Both the position numbers and the translations under genes were made by a program. A model generated the notes under the pieces. The model searched no databases and was not told where the DNA came from. It saw only the letters and a program-made list of their open reading frames with translations. 64,000 nucleotides of DNA, from positions 55,056,001-55,120,000 of the forward strand of contig OZ360239.1 of NCBI GenBank assembly GCA_977017645.1, in the 5' to 3' direction. This DNA comes from Torpedo marmorata (taxonomy: Eukaryota). This document shows, one piece after another, positions 62,530 to 64,000 of the stretch; the stretch's first letter is position 1, and the number at the start of each line of letters is the position of its first letter.

Positions 62530-63060
62530 AGAACATAGAACACTACAGCACGAAGCAGTTCTTTTTTTTGGCCCATGTGTGTCTTCTCTTTTGTCCATGT
62601 TGTCTGTGCTGACCATGATGCTAAATTAAACTAATCCCATCTTCCAAAATATGGTCCATATCATTCCATTCCCTGCCCATAATGAACTTGTCTAAATGTC
62701 AATTAAACACTGCTATTATATCTACATCCACCATCTCCCCTGGTAGCTTGTTCCAGGCACCTGATGTTCTTGGTGTAAAAAAAGACCCTATTGACACCTC
62801 TCATAATTTTATATATGTCGTTTAGGTTGCGCCCAGCCTCCAATGTTCCAGAGAAAAGAATCCAAGTTTGTCCAACCTCTCCTTGTAGATAATACTCTCT
62901 AATCCAGGAAACATCCTGGTGAACCTGTTCTGCAACCTCTTCAAAGTCTCAGTATCCTTCCTGTAATGCGGTGACCAGAACTGCACTAAATACTCCAAAC
63001 GTGTCCAGATACTCAGTAAAATCTTCAACAATTTCCCTCCCACTGATGCAAGGCTCACCA
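62530..63060 (-). mobile_element. Degenerate CR1 3' fragment
   Basis: LEYLVQFWSPHYRKD..RFTRMFPGL (ORF 62822-63058). Confidence 0.7.
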
Positions 63061-63639
63061 GCCTTTTTATGTGCCGGATTATTCCTATTACCCTCTTTAA
63101 ACAATCAAACGCAATCTGCAGGAGGAACTCCAGCAGATTGTGTTCGGCTTCAGATTCCAGTATCTGCTGTCTCCCTTGGGCCCTTATTAAACAATATTGG
63201 TTATTTTATAGTCTTTTAGGACCTAAAAGGAAACAAAGAAGAAACTGTAGAGGAGGGTACAATTACGAGGTTTGTAAGACCTTTGGACAAGCACATGGCA
63301 GGGAAATTTAAGATGGTTATGGGCAAAAGGCAGGGCGTGGACGAGTTGGGCTGAGGATCCTGCTTCTTGCTGAAGAGCTCTGTGACTATGACTCAAAAGA
63401 TCAATCAAGGCCTCAGCAATCTCCTCTTTTACCTTCCTTAATAACCTGTGATTGATCCCATCAGGTACTTCAACAATTAACAAAATGTCCATCATGATCT
63501 TTCTCATTTGAGTTTAAAATGACAGTATCAAAGTTATTAACAATATTCTTAACCAAAACAAATGGCAAATAAACCACAAATTGCTAGAATATGACAACAC
63601 TGAAAATAAAATTCCATTAATGTACTGAAAGGTCCTTAC

Positions 63640-63830
63640 AGCCAAAATACGTTTGCCATCTTTCTCTTGGACACATGGCCACCAACCATTTATGGATTTC
63701 TGAGAAAAAAGTGAAGTCACTTTTGGAGATTTAGCACTCATATCCTTTGGATCCGGGAGCATATCCAGGTCACATCCTTTGGCTGTTTTGGCTGGACTTA
63801 TCATTGAATTGAGGTTCAACTCAAGGACAC
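63640..63830 (-). CDS. MYOF: Myoferlin exon (end of last C2 domain)
   Basis: tttgcag|(G)VLELNL..PAKTAKGCDLDMLPD..SLFSQKSINGWWPCVQEKDGKRILA|gtaagg. Confidence 0.93.
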
Positions 63831-64000
63831 CTGCAAAATGGAGATAAGATCGTTGATGAGAACCAATCAAGAGTACTTGGCACGCAGTACAATCTTTTGC
63901 ATTGTTTTACTGGGCTTTCTTTAAACTTCAAAATTAACAAGCAGAATCATCCACTATTTAAAATAAACAAATATTCAACTTTAATTTCATCATTTAAATT

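Overview
Eukaryotic vertebrate DNA, most likely a cartilaginous fish (inferred from the repeat complement: CR1/HER1-type LINEs, V-SINE, Rex/Babar, Penelope). The window holds the conserved CYP26C1-CYP26A1-MYOF block. It contains the last two coding exons of CYP26C1 (+), a complete 7-exon CYP26A1 (+, 1485-bp CDS, 494 aa) with TATA box and proximal and distal retinoic-acid response elements, and the last four coding exons of myoferlin (-), whose stop codon lies only ~1.2 kb from the CYP26A1 stop. Introns and intergenic DNA are rich in transposons: a two-LTR Gmr1-type Ty3/Gypsy element (integrase before RT; TSD, PBS and PPT present), CR1, L1, Tx1, Rex/Babar and RTE LINEs, tRNA- and 5S-derived SINEs, a Chapaev3-like element and a Tc2/pogo-like MITE. 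Highlights: (1) many short, TSD-flanked fold-back Penelope terminal-repeat elements carrying a variant minimal hammerhead ribozyme motif; (2) a ~107-aa in-frame insert in CYP26C1; (3) extra DR5/DR3 elements around CYP26A1; (4) probable antisense 3'UTR overlap between CYP26A1 and MYOF. Family assignments and cross-species comparisons come from recalled motifs; no database search was run.
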